A stretch of 64,000 nt of DNA from Ramazzottius varieornatus. Its lineage: Eukaryota > Animalia > Tardigrada. Below the pieces are notes generated by a model, which saw nothing but the letters and a program-made list of their open reading frames with translations, searched no databases and was not told where the DNA came from. Below, piece by piece: positions 40,501-51,836 of the stretch. Positions within the stretch are counted from its first letter, which is position 1, and every line of letters starts with the position of its first letter. The stretch is taken from assembly GCA_001949185.1 (NCBI GenBank), contig BDGG01000003.1, forward strand, positions 2,773,158 to 2,837,157, read 5' to 3'. The translations under genes were made by a program, and so were the position numbers.

Positions 40501-41331
40501 AAAGTCTACGTTGTTCTTCATAACGACATCGTCACTCACAGAAAATGAAAAAGGCCTGAGGCTGCGTTTCGTAAGTCAACCCTAGTTGATAACCCGACAC
40601 GTGATTGCTGACGTCATGGCTANNNNNNNNNNNNNNNNNNNNNNNNNNNNNNNNNNNNNNNNNNNNNNNNNNCTTCCGCGTGGACCCGCCGCGTGATCCA
40701 ATTCCCTACTCTAATGCGCCTTTTTATAGTTTTCGGCTTGTCGTATGTTTTACCGGTTTACCTTTCAGTTAGCAAATGGAACCATACGAATCCTGCCATG
40801 GTTTATCACCTTCGGTCTCTTCTAGCTCTAAACGGTATCATGAGAGGCCGGATAGAAATTGTGAGTGGACTATTTACCATCGTAAAGTTGCGTTATTAAT
40901 TTGAATAAAGCGTCCATAACCCCATTCTCCCTTCTTTGCAGAGATGGTTTGAAGTGCCCGCCTTTACACCGGAAGAAAAAGACATTCCCTTTGCCCGAGT
41001 GAACCATAACAAGTACATGGTCACGGACTCATGCGCATACATCGGTACGCACGTCATGAACAGACCATTCTTCACTTCCTTTGCTCTTATCTTCAAAGCT
41101 CAAAACAGTTGTTTCGTTTCAGGGACTAGCAATTGGGAAGGCAGTTATTTCACGACAACAGCTGGTGTCAGCGTAGTCTTGAGCGAGCCTCACTCCGCGC
41201 CTTATTCCGGGAGCAACGACTCCTCTCCCAGCACAAACGACAACACAACTACAATCCGGGACCAACTCGAATCCGTTTTCGTACGCGACTGGAGCTCCAA
41301 ATATGCTTCCTCTGTCACAATTCCGGGTTGA
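37509..41331 (+). CDS. PLD3: Phospholipase D3/4-like type II membrane 5'-3' exonuclease
   Basis: TM segment (IMGILILLIIFLPF), SIDIASFYW, GVLHTKMWIID...VGSANMDWRSLTEVKELG, YWPVIDDALR, RVNHNKYMVTD...YIGTSNW. 5' end uncertain. Confidence 0.93.
40215..40622 (+). repeat. 408-bp copy of 44673-45080, ends at N gap
   Basis: Apparently identical by eye from GGGTAGCGCATGAC to GTCATGGCTA. Confidence 0.9.
40623..40672. other. Assembly gap (50 N)
   Basis: Run of N. Confidence 1.
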
Positions 41332-41698
41332 GACATATCCGTTAAATGACTCTTTTCATGCTGCTCGCGCAAACTCATGCGATCATTTGAAGTTTTTCCC
41401 CGTGTCTCTCCTGTGATTCAGTCCTCCGTTGAATTGCGTATATCACTTCGAAAAACTATGTTTTGAAAAGTTATCCGAGCAAAGACGGATAAAATTCATG
41501 CGAGGACTCAGTCCCGCTTCTATATTTCGAGAAGTCGTTGAAGAATGATACAACGCAAAAATAGTTCAACACCACAAACGGAGCAGAATCTTAAACAGCT
41601 AACTTTGCATGGAACCCGGCGGGCAGTAAAGAACGATTTATACCACCCGGGGTGAGGTACGTAACAGTATACTGAAAACGGTTGGATACACTTCCGGT

Positions 41699-42031
41699 CT
41701 AGTCCTCCCTGTGAACCATAGAGTCCAGATGGGCATCAGGGTTCGGATCGCAGCTCCAATTTTTCTTGTCTCCCTCGCCCCTTGAGAGTGGATGTGCATC
41801 CGCTTTGTGCGCTGTAGGCGGATGGTGAGGGGATGGCTCCTTAGTTCCCACGAAAAGGGGTTCGTCGGGGCTGCTCTTGGACGGCTTGGCTGATTTCTCC
41901 TATAAAGAAAGGTCGATGAATTGTCAAGGTTTTTTGTACTGACTCCAGCCACACGCGACTACCCATCCATATTTCAGCTGAAGCAAGGGAGATATCTCAG
42001 AACTCACCTGTGATCCAGACTTCGAGTCCAT
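41699..42031 (-). CDS. Putative 74-aa hydrophilic micro-protein (exons 42031-42008, 41899-41699)
   Basis: Strong donor CAG|GTGAGT and acceptor TTTCTTTATAG|; MDSKSGSQ+EKSAKPSKSSPDEPLFVGTKEPSPHHPPTAHKADAHPLSRGEGDKKNWSCDPNPDAHLDSMVHRED*. Confidence 0.55.
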
Positions 42032-42635
42032 TGTTCCGAGCCGGTCCAAAACTTGATTTCTCAAGATAGACACATGCATGGACGAAGTGAATCTAACTAA
42101 TCGCCGAGCGTAGAAGCCGTGCTGACTTGAATGGTAATTTAGTACAGAGATATCAAAATCTGAGGACCCAGGGACTGGATTCAATCTACGTTTTACAGTA
42201 AGGCTCGCGGTCCGAATGAAGTCATCCACGAAAAAACTCATCAAGTGACATCAGCCTTGAGCCTTCCCCCAAATTCCGTATTTTCTGCGTGCGTAACTTG
42301 GCCATCAAGGCAATTGCGAAAATCGTACTTCCGGTCAGCCTTCAATCAACAATCAATACTGTCGTTATATAATCTTTGTTGCAATTGTTGCTGAATTACT
42401 GCGAACTTCGTTTGCATAAAACTGCATTCCGTAAGTTTGCTTTGGACTTCTGGTTTTTCTTCAAGACTTGGTTCTCAAATTCGGGTGCCAGACTGCCACT
42501 TTGCGGTTCGTTTCTAGCTAGACAGTAAGACACATGACAGTGTGGACACCAGAGCAACGCGAAACGAATTCGGAGGTGACTACGTAGGAGCAGCAGAAGA
42601 CGGATCCGACTGGATCCGGACAGCACGGACGAACG

Positions 42636-45600
42636 ATGGATAACGGTGACAAAGCGATACAGCCGTGCGCGGCGCGCAAGGAGAACAGTAACGCACAACC
42701 GAAGCCTTCCATGAGCCGCGCGGACGTGATGAAATTGATACGGCAGAAGGACGAGATCGAAGCCGAAGTCAAAGCCCTGTACGAGGTCCTGGACAGCGTA
42801 AGTGATCTTCACTCACTAGTCCCAACCGGACCACTATGGAATTCATCTCGTTAACGTTTGTTTTGCTGCAGCAAGGAAAGGTTGGGATGGACGGACCTCT
42901 GCTCGACAACGATGGTTATCCACGATCTGACATCGATGTTTACACAGTGCGTCATGCCCGGCACAAGATCATCTGTATGCGAGTTGAAGTTCGATTGAGA
43001 AGATACCGTAGCGTGTCGTCTGTTCGCAGAAAAAAACCTGGGACTCTGGGTTTTTCTTTTGAAGGTTTGAACAACGATCACAAGGCTCTGATGCGGTGTA
43101 TCGAAGATGGGCTGACTTCGGTACACGAACAAGCACGTGAAGAGTACATGGAACACGACGCTCAGAACGTTACCGACGCTCAGAAACCTCGCCAGCCTTT
43201 CGCCAAAGTTCAGTTCGTGGCGACTGATTCCCCTGCCTTCGCTGCCGTAAGAATAGGCGGTCTGATATTTTGGTTATTGTCGTCTCTCAACTGGTTCATT
43301 TGCGCAGGGTTTGCAAGGAGATGACCGTTTGGTGACATTTGGCTCCCTTACTTCCGCCAACTTCCGAACCCTTACCGATCTCGCCGTGGTCGTCACCAAC
43401 AGTGAGAACAGAAGCCTAAGTGTAGAAGTACTTCGGGATGGCAACTTGAAAAGAGTGACGCTTGTACCGAAGAAGTGGAGCGGAAAGGGATTGGTGGGGT
43501 AAGTTTTTATAATAGTTATTGCGCCTCGATCAAGTCGCGCAGTACGCCATCGCGATACAACCCGAGATCAGACTAACAAGGGATTTACGCCAGTCGGTCC
43601 ACTCCAATTCTGAAACCAATTCGCTGTATAAGTAGACGAGAGTTCACTGTATAAACAGAGGCAGGCAGCATCGGCGGAAATGATTCCTGGACGCCACTAC
43701 AAAATTCGGGAACAGGTATATAATGGCTGTATGGCTCCGTCCCAATGACGTAACCAAACCGCTTTGACGTAATGCACTTAGATTTTTAGATTTTTGATTG
43801 ACAAGGAGGCGATCAGCTGATCGGCGAAGAGTGTGTGTGGTTCGCCAGACAGCTTGCTGTCTCGTAGCTGTAGTACTTCACGGTGCGCAATTTGGAGCGG
43901 CAACGACGTCAAATCCGATCAGCTGTTCACCTCATTGTCAATGAAAAAGTCTCAATCAAGACTATTACGTCATCTCACCAGACTTGTACGCTAGTGTGCG
44001 ACAATAGTTCCTCTGTTCCCGAATTTCGCAGTGGCGTCCAGGCTCTGTTTCATGGAGTGAACCCTTTTCTATTTTTCCATCGTATTGCTCTTAGAATTGG
44101 AGTTAATGATGAGCATTGCACGCAGATGGTCCGTGTAATGTGAAGTGTAATGTAAAATAAAATAGTTGTAAAAGTGTAATAACATTTTACACTAGTTTAC
44201 ATTTTACAGACCGAGCGGTTTGTAACGCCTAAAAGTGACAAAGAGCGACGAAAACGACGAACCAGCTATGTCCATGTATGCATAGAATATAGATCTTAGT
44301 AATTGTCTTCCAGACAAAGATTAAAATACGGTTGCAAAATGACCGTATTCAGAAAGTTTCTGACATTTTTCCGCGTAAGTCAGCCGAATTTTGAATTTCT
44401 CGCGGCAAAATACTCAAAAATACCGCAGATTCTGGCAGGTAACAGTTGTAATTACATTTTACATTTACATTAGAACTTCCCCGTGGTTGTAATGTCGTGT
44501 AAAAGTGAAAATGTAATGTAATGTAGAAATGTAATGCTCATCATTAGTTGGAGTGGACCGACTGGCGTAAGTCTCTTGTAAGGCCGTGTTTATTTTGTGG
44601 TAGACTACTAGGTCGTTGTGAAGATTATGATGAACTTGCGTTCATAAAAGCGATTATCTCCAACCCAGAGGTGGGTAGCGCATGACATCCCAAAAATCGT
44701 TCACAAAGGTGAACAATTTTGGGATGAGTCATTTCAACCACGTTTCACCTAACCTCGTCAGCTAAGGGAAGTCTTCGAACTTCCACCGAACGCGCCGCTT
44801 TCACCAAACGCGAGTTCTCAAATTACGACAGTCGGGGTGTAGCTAACCCCGTTGCCAATAATTCATTTTCGAACGCTAGTTGATCAGAATCAAGTGAGGC
44901 ACTACGTGGTTGCTCATAATTTCGTCTACCACACCAAGTAGCTTTTCTGCGTGTTCACAAAGTCTACGTTGTTCTTCATAACGACATCGTCACTCACAGA
45001 AAATGAAAAAGGCCTGAGGCTGCGTTTCGTAAGTCAACCCTAGTTGATAACCCGACACGTGATTGCTGACGTCATGGCTAAGCACGAGCATTAGAAAGAT
45101 GCTTGAAAAAGACGAGCTTGAACAATCAAATTGCACTTTGATTTATGCGTGATTGAACTTGATTGAATCGGGTTAACCGTTAACTAGCCTTTCATGCTAG
45201 TTAACCGTTAACCTAGCACCTATCCCGTTCGTGATGTCGCCAGTCACGTGTGGAAAAGCTGGTTGTTAACTAAGATTTTTGACTTACGAAACGTAGCCTA
45301 ATGCCCCATTCGTGCTTACGCGTCGGCGACAGAAGACAGCAGTAAAAACGGCTTTTGGGGACGTCATCGTTCGCACTTCCAGCGGCGAAAGTTCTGCGGC
45401 TGCAACAAAAGTTCTTCATTACTGTACGAAAGGTCCATAACTTAGCTTTTTTCGCTCGGTTTTTCGCCTTACCTTTTCGTTTAGTGCCGTATTTCGCAAC
45501 CTACGGGAATCAGGTCTAGCAGCCTGCGGAAAATGTTTTTTTCTGGCGGATTTTCACTTGGGCGCGTTTTCGATCTTCCTGTAATACAACCCCTTCTTTA

Positions 45601-46589
45601 CTCTCAGGATCTCTTGCATAGAATCTATGGAGGTATATACTGACTCATCGAGAAATGGCTGATGACGGGGATAATGAGTAGATGCATGAAAGGAATCTTG
45701 AAAGAGCAAAGGCAGTCGGCCACTTCCGACAGGTTGTGGTCTATGACACCACACCATATGACCTGACCTGACATTCCGCTTCTGCCGCATCGGAGTTAGA
45801 GCACTGGGCTGCAGGTCCAAAAGTACGCTGTAACTGTGCTGCGCACATTACCAGGGCGCTGTACGCTGCGCTGTGCTGCACAACTTTCATGCCCAGTGGC
45901 TAAGCAGTTGCGTTGCAGATGCACATTGACCTGGTGCAACTGCGCGGTACGCCGATGTATTGACGTGGTTTGTAATCCAGTTGGCGAAATCGGTAGTCAA
46001 CCTGGAGAACGTTGCCGTAAAGCACGGCAAAGCTGAGACGGCTGACATTCGAATGCCCAAAAACTGTAATTTTTGTTAGGTTTCGGTAGGTGCATCTGCG
46101 CGGTAGTCTATGGCTTTCTGCTGTATGCTGTGCTGTGCCGCACAAATTTCGTCAGTTCACGCGCTGCAGCTGTGCTGCAGCACAGCACAGTACAGCGCAT
46201 GCGGCCAGATTCCGTGCTCTAATCGGAGTATGAACGACAGGCAGTTTTATGGAAAGGTGCAGAGAGTCAAAACTTAGCGAAAAAGTTGTAACATCATGTC
46301 TGCGTCAGAAATTTGCGAACCGTCGGCAGCCGCATTACTTGATTGCAAACTTCTCGCCTTTGACTTCAGTCGCCGACGCGTAAGCACGAATGGGGTATAA
46401 CGCTCGAGTTGGGTATTCTTGCCGTGCGGGTGCGCGACTTGGTCAGAGTTTGGTCGCTGCCGGATCATCCGAACTACGTGGTCGAAATTGTTTAAGTTCG
46501 AGTTCTTCGAAGGACGCATGCGTGGCTGACAGTACGTTTCGACGGTTTACAGGTGCTCCTTTGTGGAAGAAAAGAAGTTACTATTGTGA
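42636..46589 (+). CDS. PSMD9: 26S proteasome regulatory subunit 9 / p27 assembly chaperone (Nas2 N-domain plus PDZ)
   Basis: [41 protein letters not shown], PFAKV...DSPAFAAGLQ, LVPKKWSGKGLVG. Proposed last exon 46553-46589 (CSFVEEKKLLL*) restores the conserved GLxGC. Start at 42636 or 42711. Confidence 0.92.
43577..44578. mobile_element. TIR element flanked by TAA (PIF/Harbinger-like MITE) in the PSMD9 intron
   Basis: CAAGGGATTTACGCCAGTCGGTCCACTCCAA / TTGGAGTGGACCGACTGGCGTAAGTCTCTTG; TAA at 43574-43576 and 44579-44581. Confidence 0.8.
44104..44546. mobile_element. hAT-type MITE nested in the right TIR of the previous element
   Basis: 17-bp TIR TAATGATGAGCATTGCA / TGTAATGCTCATCATTA, 8-bp TSD ATTGGAGT / GTTGGAGT (one mismatch), dense TGTAA/TTACA subterminal repeats. 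Confidence 0.85.
44673..45380. mobile_element. Foldback-like repeat with nested inverted repeats; right end approximate
   Basis: First 408 bp duplicated at 40215; imperfect outer IR ATGACATCCCAAAAATCGTT / AACGGCTTTTGGGGACGTCAT; inner IR ~45011-45075 vs ~45232-45305; central palindrome 45172-45212. Confidence 0.65.
45797..46221. mobile_element. hAT-type MITE
   Basis: TIR TAGAGCAC / GTGCTCTA, perfect 8-bp TSD ATCGGAGT (45789-45796, 46222-46229), GCTGTGCTG/CAGCAC subterminal repeats. Confidence 0.85.
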
Positions 46590-47015
46590 AGGTCGGTTGC
46601 GCAACAGTCTGAAACAGCGTGGCTGAACCTTTGGCTTCCGTAGTTGTTCAGATTTTGTGCACAAAGTGTCATATCTATCTCTATGGCACAGGCTTTTATT
46701 CTTGATAATGAAACCTTTCTTTTGGATCTTGACTAGAGACATGCTCTCAACAAAGCGACAATCTCGCAACATTGTTGCAGGTCCCTGATAATGGCCTTCC
46801 GAAGGCCTTCGTGTCGCTGGCTGTACCTTAGAAGAGCGCGCAAAATGGCACCATTGTTTCCATATGGGAATACTCTGGGGTAAACTTGTTCGTTATTGGA
46901 GCCTGAGACGTTACCGGATAGCCTGTTAGTGATAAGCTTGTGGGATTCTCTGAATAGCTAGTATTATTAAAATTAATCTATCGAGGAAATGTGTGGCCTA
47001 CGGCAGCAGCTGTAA

Positions 47016-48685
47016 ATGGCGAGCAAGCACAAGGAAGCGGCAGTCCACAATCCCATAGCTGAACGTGTGCCTTTCCTCGACGCTGACACCAGAGCCGAAG
47101 CTGGTAAGCTCCCTCGTAAGATGGATGACACCGGTGGTGTCTCTGACAAGAAGAATGTCGTACCGGAAGCGGCTGCGCGTAGGAACTGGGTCCTTGCAAC
47201 GGCGGTCCTTCTTTTGCTATCCTTGTTCGGTGTTCTCGAGGGTAATTTTCACCTGGTGTTTTTGGTTCGTTTGTTGGGTTGGTTTACAGTGGGCCGTTTC
47301 TGTACTCGTAGGGCAATTGGCAGCTGTGGGATTCTCAAAGAACGACTTCCAAGCTCCGTACTTTCATACGTTTCTCCGGTTCGTTTTCCGTATCATGGCA
47401 TTTCCATTGTCGCTCTTGGGTCGGTATGTCTACGCAAAGGCTCGTAAACGGGATTTTTCCTCAATGAATTTTGTCCGGTAAGACATGCGAGCTTGACAAA
47501 GCAATCTGACTACAGAAGAGTCCTATCATGTTCATTCTTTATGAAGTTTGGCAGGCATTGTGCGGCGGCGGCGGGACCCGAAGGCTTTGGATTCCGCACT
47601 TTTTTCCGCTTCTACTTCCTTCCGTCGATCACTGTGATAGGCGCGGGGCTGTTTTACATTGTTGCTCTCACATACGTGCAACCTTCAGTCACTTCGGCGT
47701 TCCTCGTGTCGACGGTGGCGCTCTCTTATGTTCTGTGCATTTTATTCCTTGGACACCCTCACCTCGTCGTGAAGGTATGCCCGGTCTCCCAGTAGTAGTT
47801 GGACTTATGTTCGACACTTCAGATTTCAGACGTTCTTCGTCCTGCTGTCGATGTCCGGAGTGGCACTAGTGGCATACGCAACTACGAATGATCCTATGGG
47901 CGAACAAGCTTACATTGGCGTCATTTGTATGGTTGGATCTCTCCTTTCCCTTTCACTGCATCAAGTAGGGTATTCCACGCTTTTCATTTCAAAACATACG
48001 TGAACGGCAATGACCGACGAATCTTGGTTTGTTTTTAGTTGTTTTATTCAAAGTCGTTCCCGAAAGCCGATTCCGATCAAGCCGCATTTTCGGTGACTGT
48101 CATGTTTGGGGCTGGACTTCTGGTATACTGGCCTGTTCCGCTCATACTGTGGTTGACCAAAGTGGAGGTGTGGTCGCCTGAGACGGCTCCTTGGGGATAC
48201 CTGATTGGCAGTGTCACTTCGTCATTAGGTAAGAAATTTTGATTCCCGCGGTTGACGCGCCTTGCTCTAACGTAGCCTTGCCGAAATTTTAGCGGTGGCC
48301 TTTCTTTACGCCTTTTGCCTGACGCTCTCCAGCCCGTTTTTCGTCTCTCTGGGTGATCTGCTGTCTCTTACGTTGAGTGGAGGTAAGTACTTCGCATGGT
48401 GGGCCTTTAAACGGCTTCCTGGTACTATGGCAGGTTGAAGTTCATGATTTTACAGTGAGCGACCATTTCATTCGCAACAAAGACCTACCGCCTCTTCAGA
48501 TTGTTGGGTCGGTGATAATAGGTGTCGCCTTCATCTTTCTGCTCTTGCCAGACGAAAAACTCTCTGTTGACTTGCAAAGAGTATTCAGAAGGCTCGATCT
48601 CTCCTCCGGTAATCCGGAAGATCGGAGTGCCAGGCGTCGGTCTCTTCCGACAGTAATATCAATGGACAAGGCAAAACCCGCCTGA
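47016..48685 (+). CDS. DMT-superfamily transporter, SLC35F3/F4-like
   Basis: Multi-TM spliced protein: FQAPYFHTFLRFVFRIMAFPL, YIVALTYVQPSVTSAF, YWPVPLILWLTKVEVW...PWGYL, SPFFVSLG, QIVGSVIIGVAFIFLLLP. Confidence 0.8.
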
Positions 48686-49300
48686 TTCTTTTGATTCTTA
48701 AATTAATTGTGGGCAATTTTCTCGGTAATTTCTGCGGCCTAAAAATTGTACCCGCTCTCGCGATCCTATCCATGTACGTTGGGTTTCAAAAATCAAAAGC
48801 ACGTTAGAATCTTGTAAACAACTTCGTCGAATTACGATAAACTGGCTGACCTTCAGGCCTGGCTGGTGTGACTGACGTCTGCTCAATAAAGTGCACGTTG
48901 GTACTGTAGTTACAGGAAAGTTGCGTCACTGGGCAAACTAGCTGGTCCTGTCGGGCAAGGCCAAAGTTCGAGTAATCTGCGCGGTTCTGAAGATCGCGGA
49001 CATACTACGGGTTGACCATCACGTGAAAATTATCAGCAGACGGAGATATCCGCTTGCGGCACAGTACTGTTTTCACAAAGGCGAACACGAGAGTGTCGGC
49101 AAAGGCCGGGTTTATGGCATCAAAGGTTTCTGGCATGGTTGGAATTTCAGCATGAACGAGGAAGTACTGGCATTTTGTACGTCCGTCCGCTTTTGGGTAT
49201 CCGGATGTATGGTTTTTGGTTTCTGTTGTGGGGTGTTTGGTTTCCACGTGCTCAGAAAGAAGCAGTCATATTGGAAGTAGCAGTAAGAGAGTTCACTGGA

Positions 49301-51151
49301 ATGAGAATCGGAATGGGCATAGTTGACCAAAGCTGTATGGAAATTCGCAGTGACGCTATGCTGGGTAAATTTTCTTTGATAATTTCTTGCGGACGTTGTA
49401 CGATAGCCTTTGGACAACTCTGTTTGTATCCCGTAGACTTCGAAAACAAGGAAGTGCTTCCGGTTCCTGGGATACTCGTTCTGCTGAAGAAGAACTGGAC
49501 GCTCGCAGTTGTGGTCCTGTTGGCTTTGACGACCTGAAGCGTCACGGAGAGTGAGTCAGGTTCTGAAATACATGAAACTTTTGAAGACGTCCCATTTCGG
49601 ACGTGTTTCTGTAGGTCAGCTGCTCGCTGTTGCTTTCGAACCGACGGACCGAAATGGGACCACGGACGGAACGGACAGCGGAACTGCAACGGACGAAAGT
49701 CCTCATGGATACCCTAATGAGTTCCGAGCTCCGTTCTTCCCCACGCTACTACGCTTCACATTTCGAGCACTGCCATTTCCGATAATTGTCTAGTACGCTG
49801 GACGCTCGCCACAGTACGAGGTCGCAGTTTCAGCCTGGGCAGCTTTTACCGGTAAGCCAGAACCGTTATCTTGCTTTGACCGGAAATCTTCTCTAGACAT
49901 CGTTATTTTCAGGCATTGTGCGGGAGTGACCGGTGCTGAAGGTTTCACTCTTCGTGCGTTTCTGTCCTACTACAGTCTTCCTGCTCTGGCAGTAAGATGC
50001 ACCGGTATACTATAAATAGTATCTCTGATGGACGTGGCGCCCTCTGTCACAGCCGCGTTCTTTTCCGCAATGGTCGCCATTTCTTACGTTTTCTCCATGT
50101 TGTTTCTCAACCAGTCCCACCTTATTCTCAAGGTACGATCATCCACCAGCCGGAAGTATCAAATATTTTTCATTCTTTCTTTCAAAATTCGTGTTTGTAT
50201 AGAGTGTCTTTGTGATCGTTTCCTGCGTCGGTGTTGCCTTGGTGGGCTACGCTACAACGAAGGACCCATTGGACCCATGCCAACGCCTTCATAGGAGTGA
50301 TGGCTGTGCTTGGGTCTTGCTTCTGCCTCTCAGCTCATCAGGTAACTCATCATCGCTTGCCTCTTTTTTTTAATTTTGATTACGAGCTGATGATTGACTC
50401 TTGTAGGGTCTTTACACCAAATCTTTTCCCAATGCCGACTCGAACCAAGCAGCCTTTACCGTTACCGTTTTCTTCACCGTTGGAGGTTTTTTTTTCCTAC
50501 TGGCCTCTGCGACTCGTACTGAAACTGGCGGGAGTAGAGGAATGGCACTGGAGTACAGTGCCATGGGCATACTTGCTGGGAAGCTGCTTGGTCACGCTCG
50601 GTAGGTTATCGCATTTTTATCACCGTCTAGACGGCAATACTATTGATACAATTTTGTGAAAAGTTGATCAGGTTTTGCTGACGTTCGTAGCTCTTGCGTT
50701 TCTTTACACGCTTTGTCTGACTCTGTCCAGCCCGTTCTTCGTTTCACTCGGGGAGCTTTTGAACCTTGCAGTCAGCGGAGGTACGGTAATGCTTCTTACC
50801 ATTCAACCAATCAGCTCTTCAGAGCGTCACATCGTCCCATTTTCGAAATGTCTAAACTATGAATCTCCATTTTTTGTTTTATTAGTGTGCGACTATTTCT
50901 TTCGGTCGGTTCCACCACCTCCGCTCCAGATTGTTGGCTCGGTAGTAATAGCCTTGGCTTTCGTTGTCCTGATTCTGCCAGATGAGAAGCTCTCCATAGA
51001 CGTCAAGGGGAGGATAGGAAGGAAGAAGCCGCTGCAGACAGAACAAGGGACCAGCCACGTCTCCATCGAGGTTTCTGAAACCTATAAGTACTCTGATGCC
51101 GAACTTGCTTTCCACGAGTTCTCAGGTGTGTCTGGTAGACGACGAGGCTGA
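49301..51151 (+). pseudogene. Tandem SLC35F-like paralog, disabled
   Basis: Exons collinear with 47016-48685 but with in-frame TGA 49535-49537, TAA 50013-50015, and frameshifts near 49790, 50270 and 50410-50495. Confidence 0.85.
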
Positions 51152-51836
51152 CCAGTGAATTTTCTATCAGCTTCCACCAAATGCAATTTTTGATGCGACT
51201 AGTGCACAAGAGGGAAGCAACAGTGCGTCCCACATTTGAACTAAGTTAGTTATCATTACTAGCTGAATGAACAGACTTGCCTTTTGACCTATTCATCGGC
51301 CACGCGTAAAATCATTTGTTTGTTAAACATTCAAATCCCACACTATCACACCACTCACGTACAGTTTCCATATGCATAACAAGCTTTCTTAAAAAACTGA
51401 AATCGGTTTCAGCTCTCTACGGTCCACTCGGCTTTCAACAGTATAAGTACTTAGCACTGAGGTACCGATAAGTTTATAGCATTCGGGCCGGCTTCCCTCG
51501 TACGGTACTCTGGCAGCAAATCGTGATATGTCAGTGCGTAATTCAGCACAAAAGCAAAACGCCAGCGACATACCGCCTGAAGCGCGGTGTGGAGGCCTTC
51601 CGTGACGACGCCCTCATCTCGTCACTCTACGCATGAATATCACTCGAGGTCAGAACTTTTCGGTAGTGATGGTTTTGCACAGTTGAGCGCAGTCTGAAGG
51701 CTTCAGAAACGGCCGCAGCTTCTTTACAGTTCATCCCAGTCTTTCTCAATTTCGCTCATGGAATAGCTAAATATCGCATAGAAGACGACTCTCTGGCAAA
51801 AAGCTTCCTCTAGCTGAAACTAGTTTCAAAGTCAAG

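Larger units (their letters stand above)
39799..40713. mobile_element. Non-autonomous hAT-type element in a PLD3 intron (spans assembly gap)
   Basis: 12-bp TIR TAGAGTAGGGAA / TTCCCTACTCTA, 8-bp TSD ATGCGCCT (39791-39798 and 40714-40721), GGCGGAA-like internal repeats. Confidence 0.85.
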
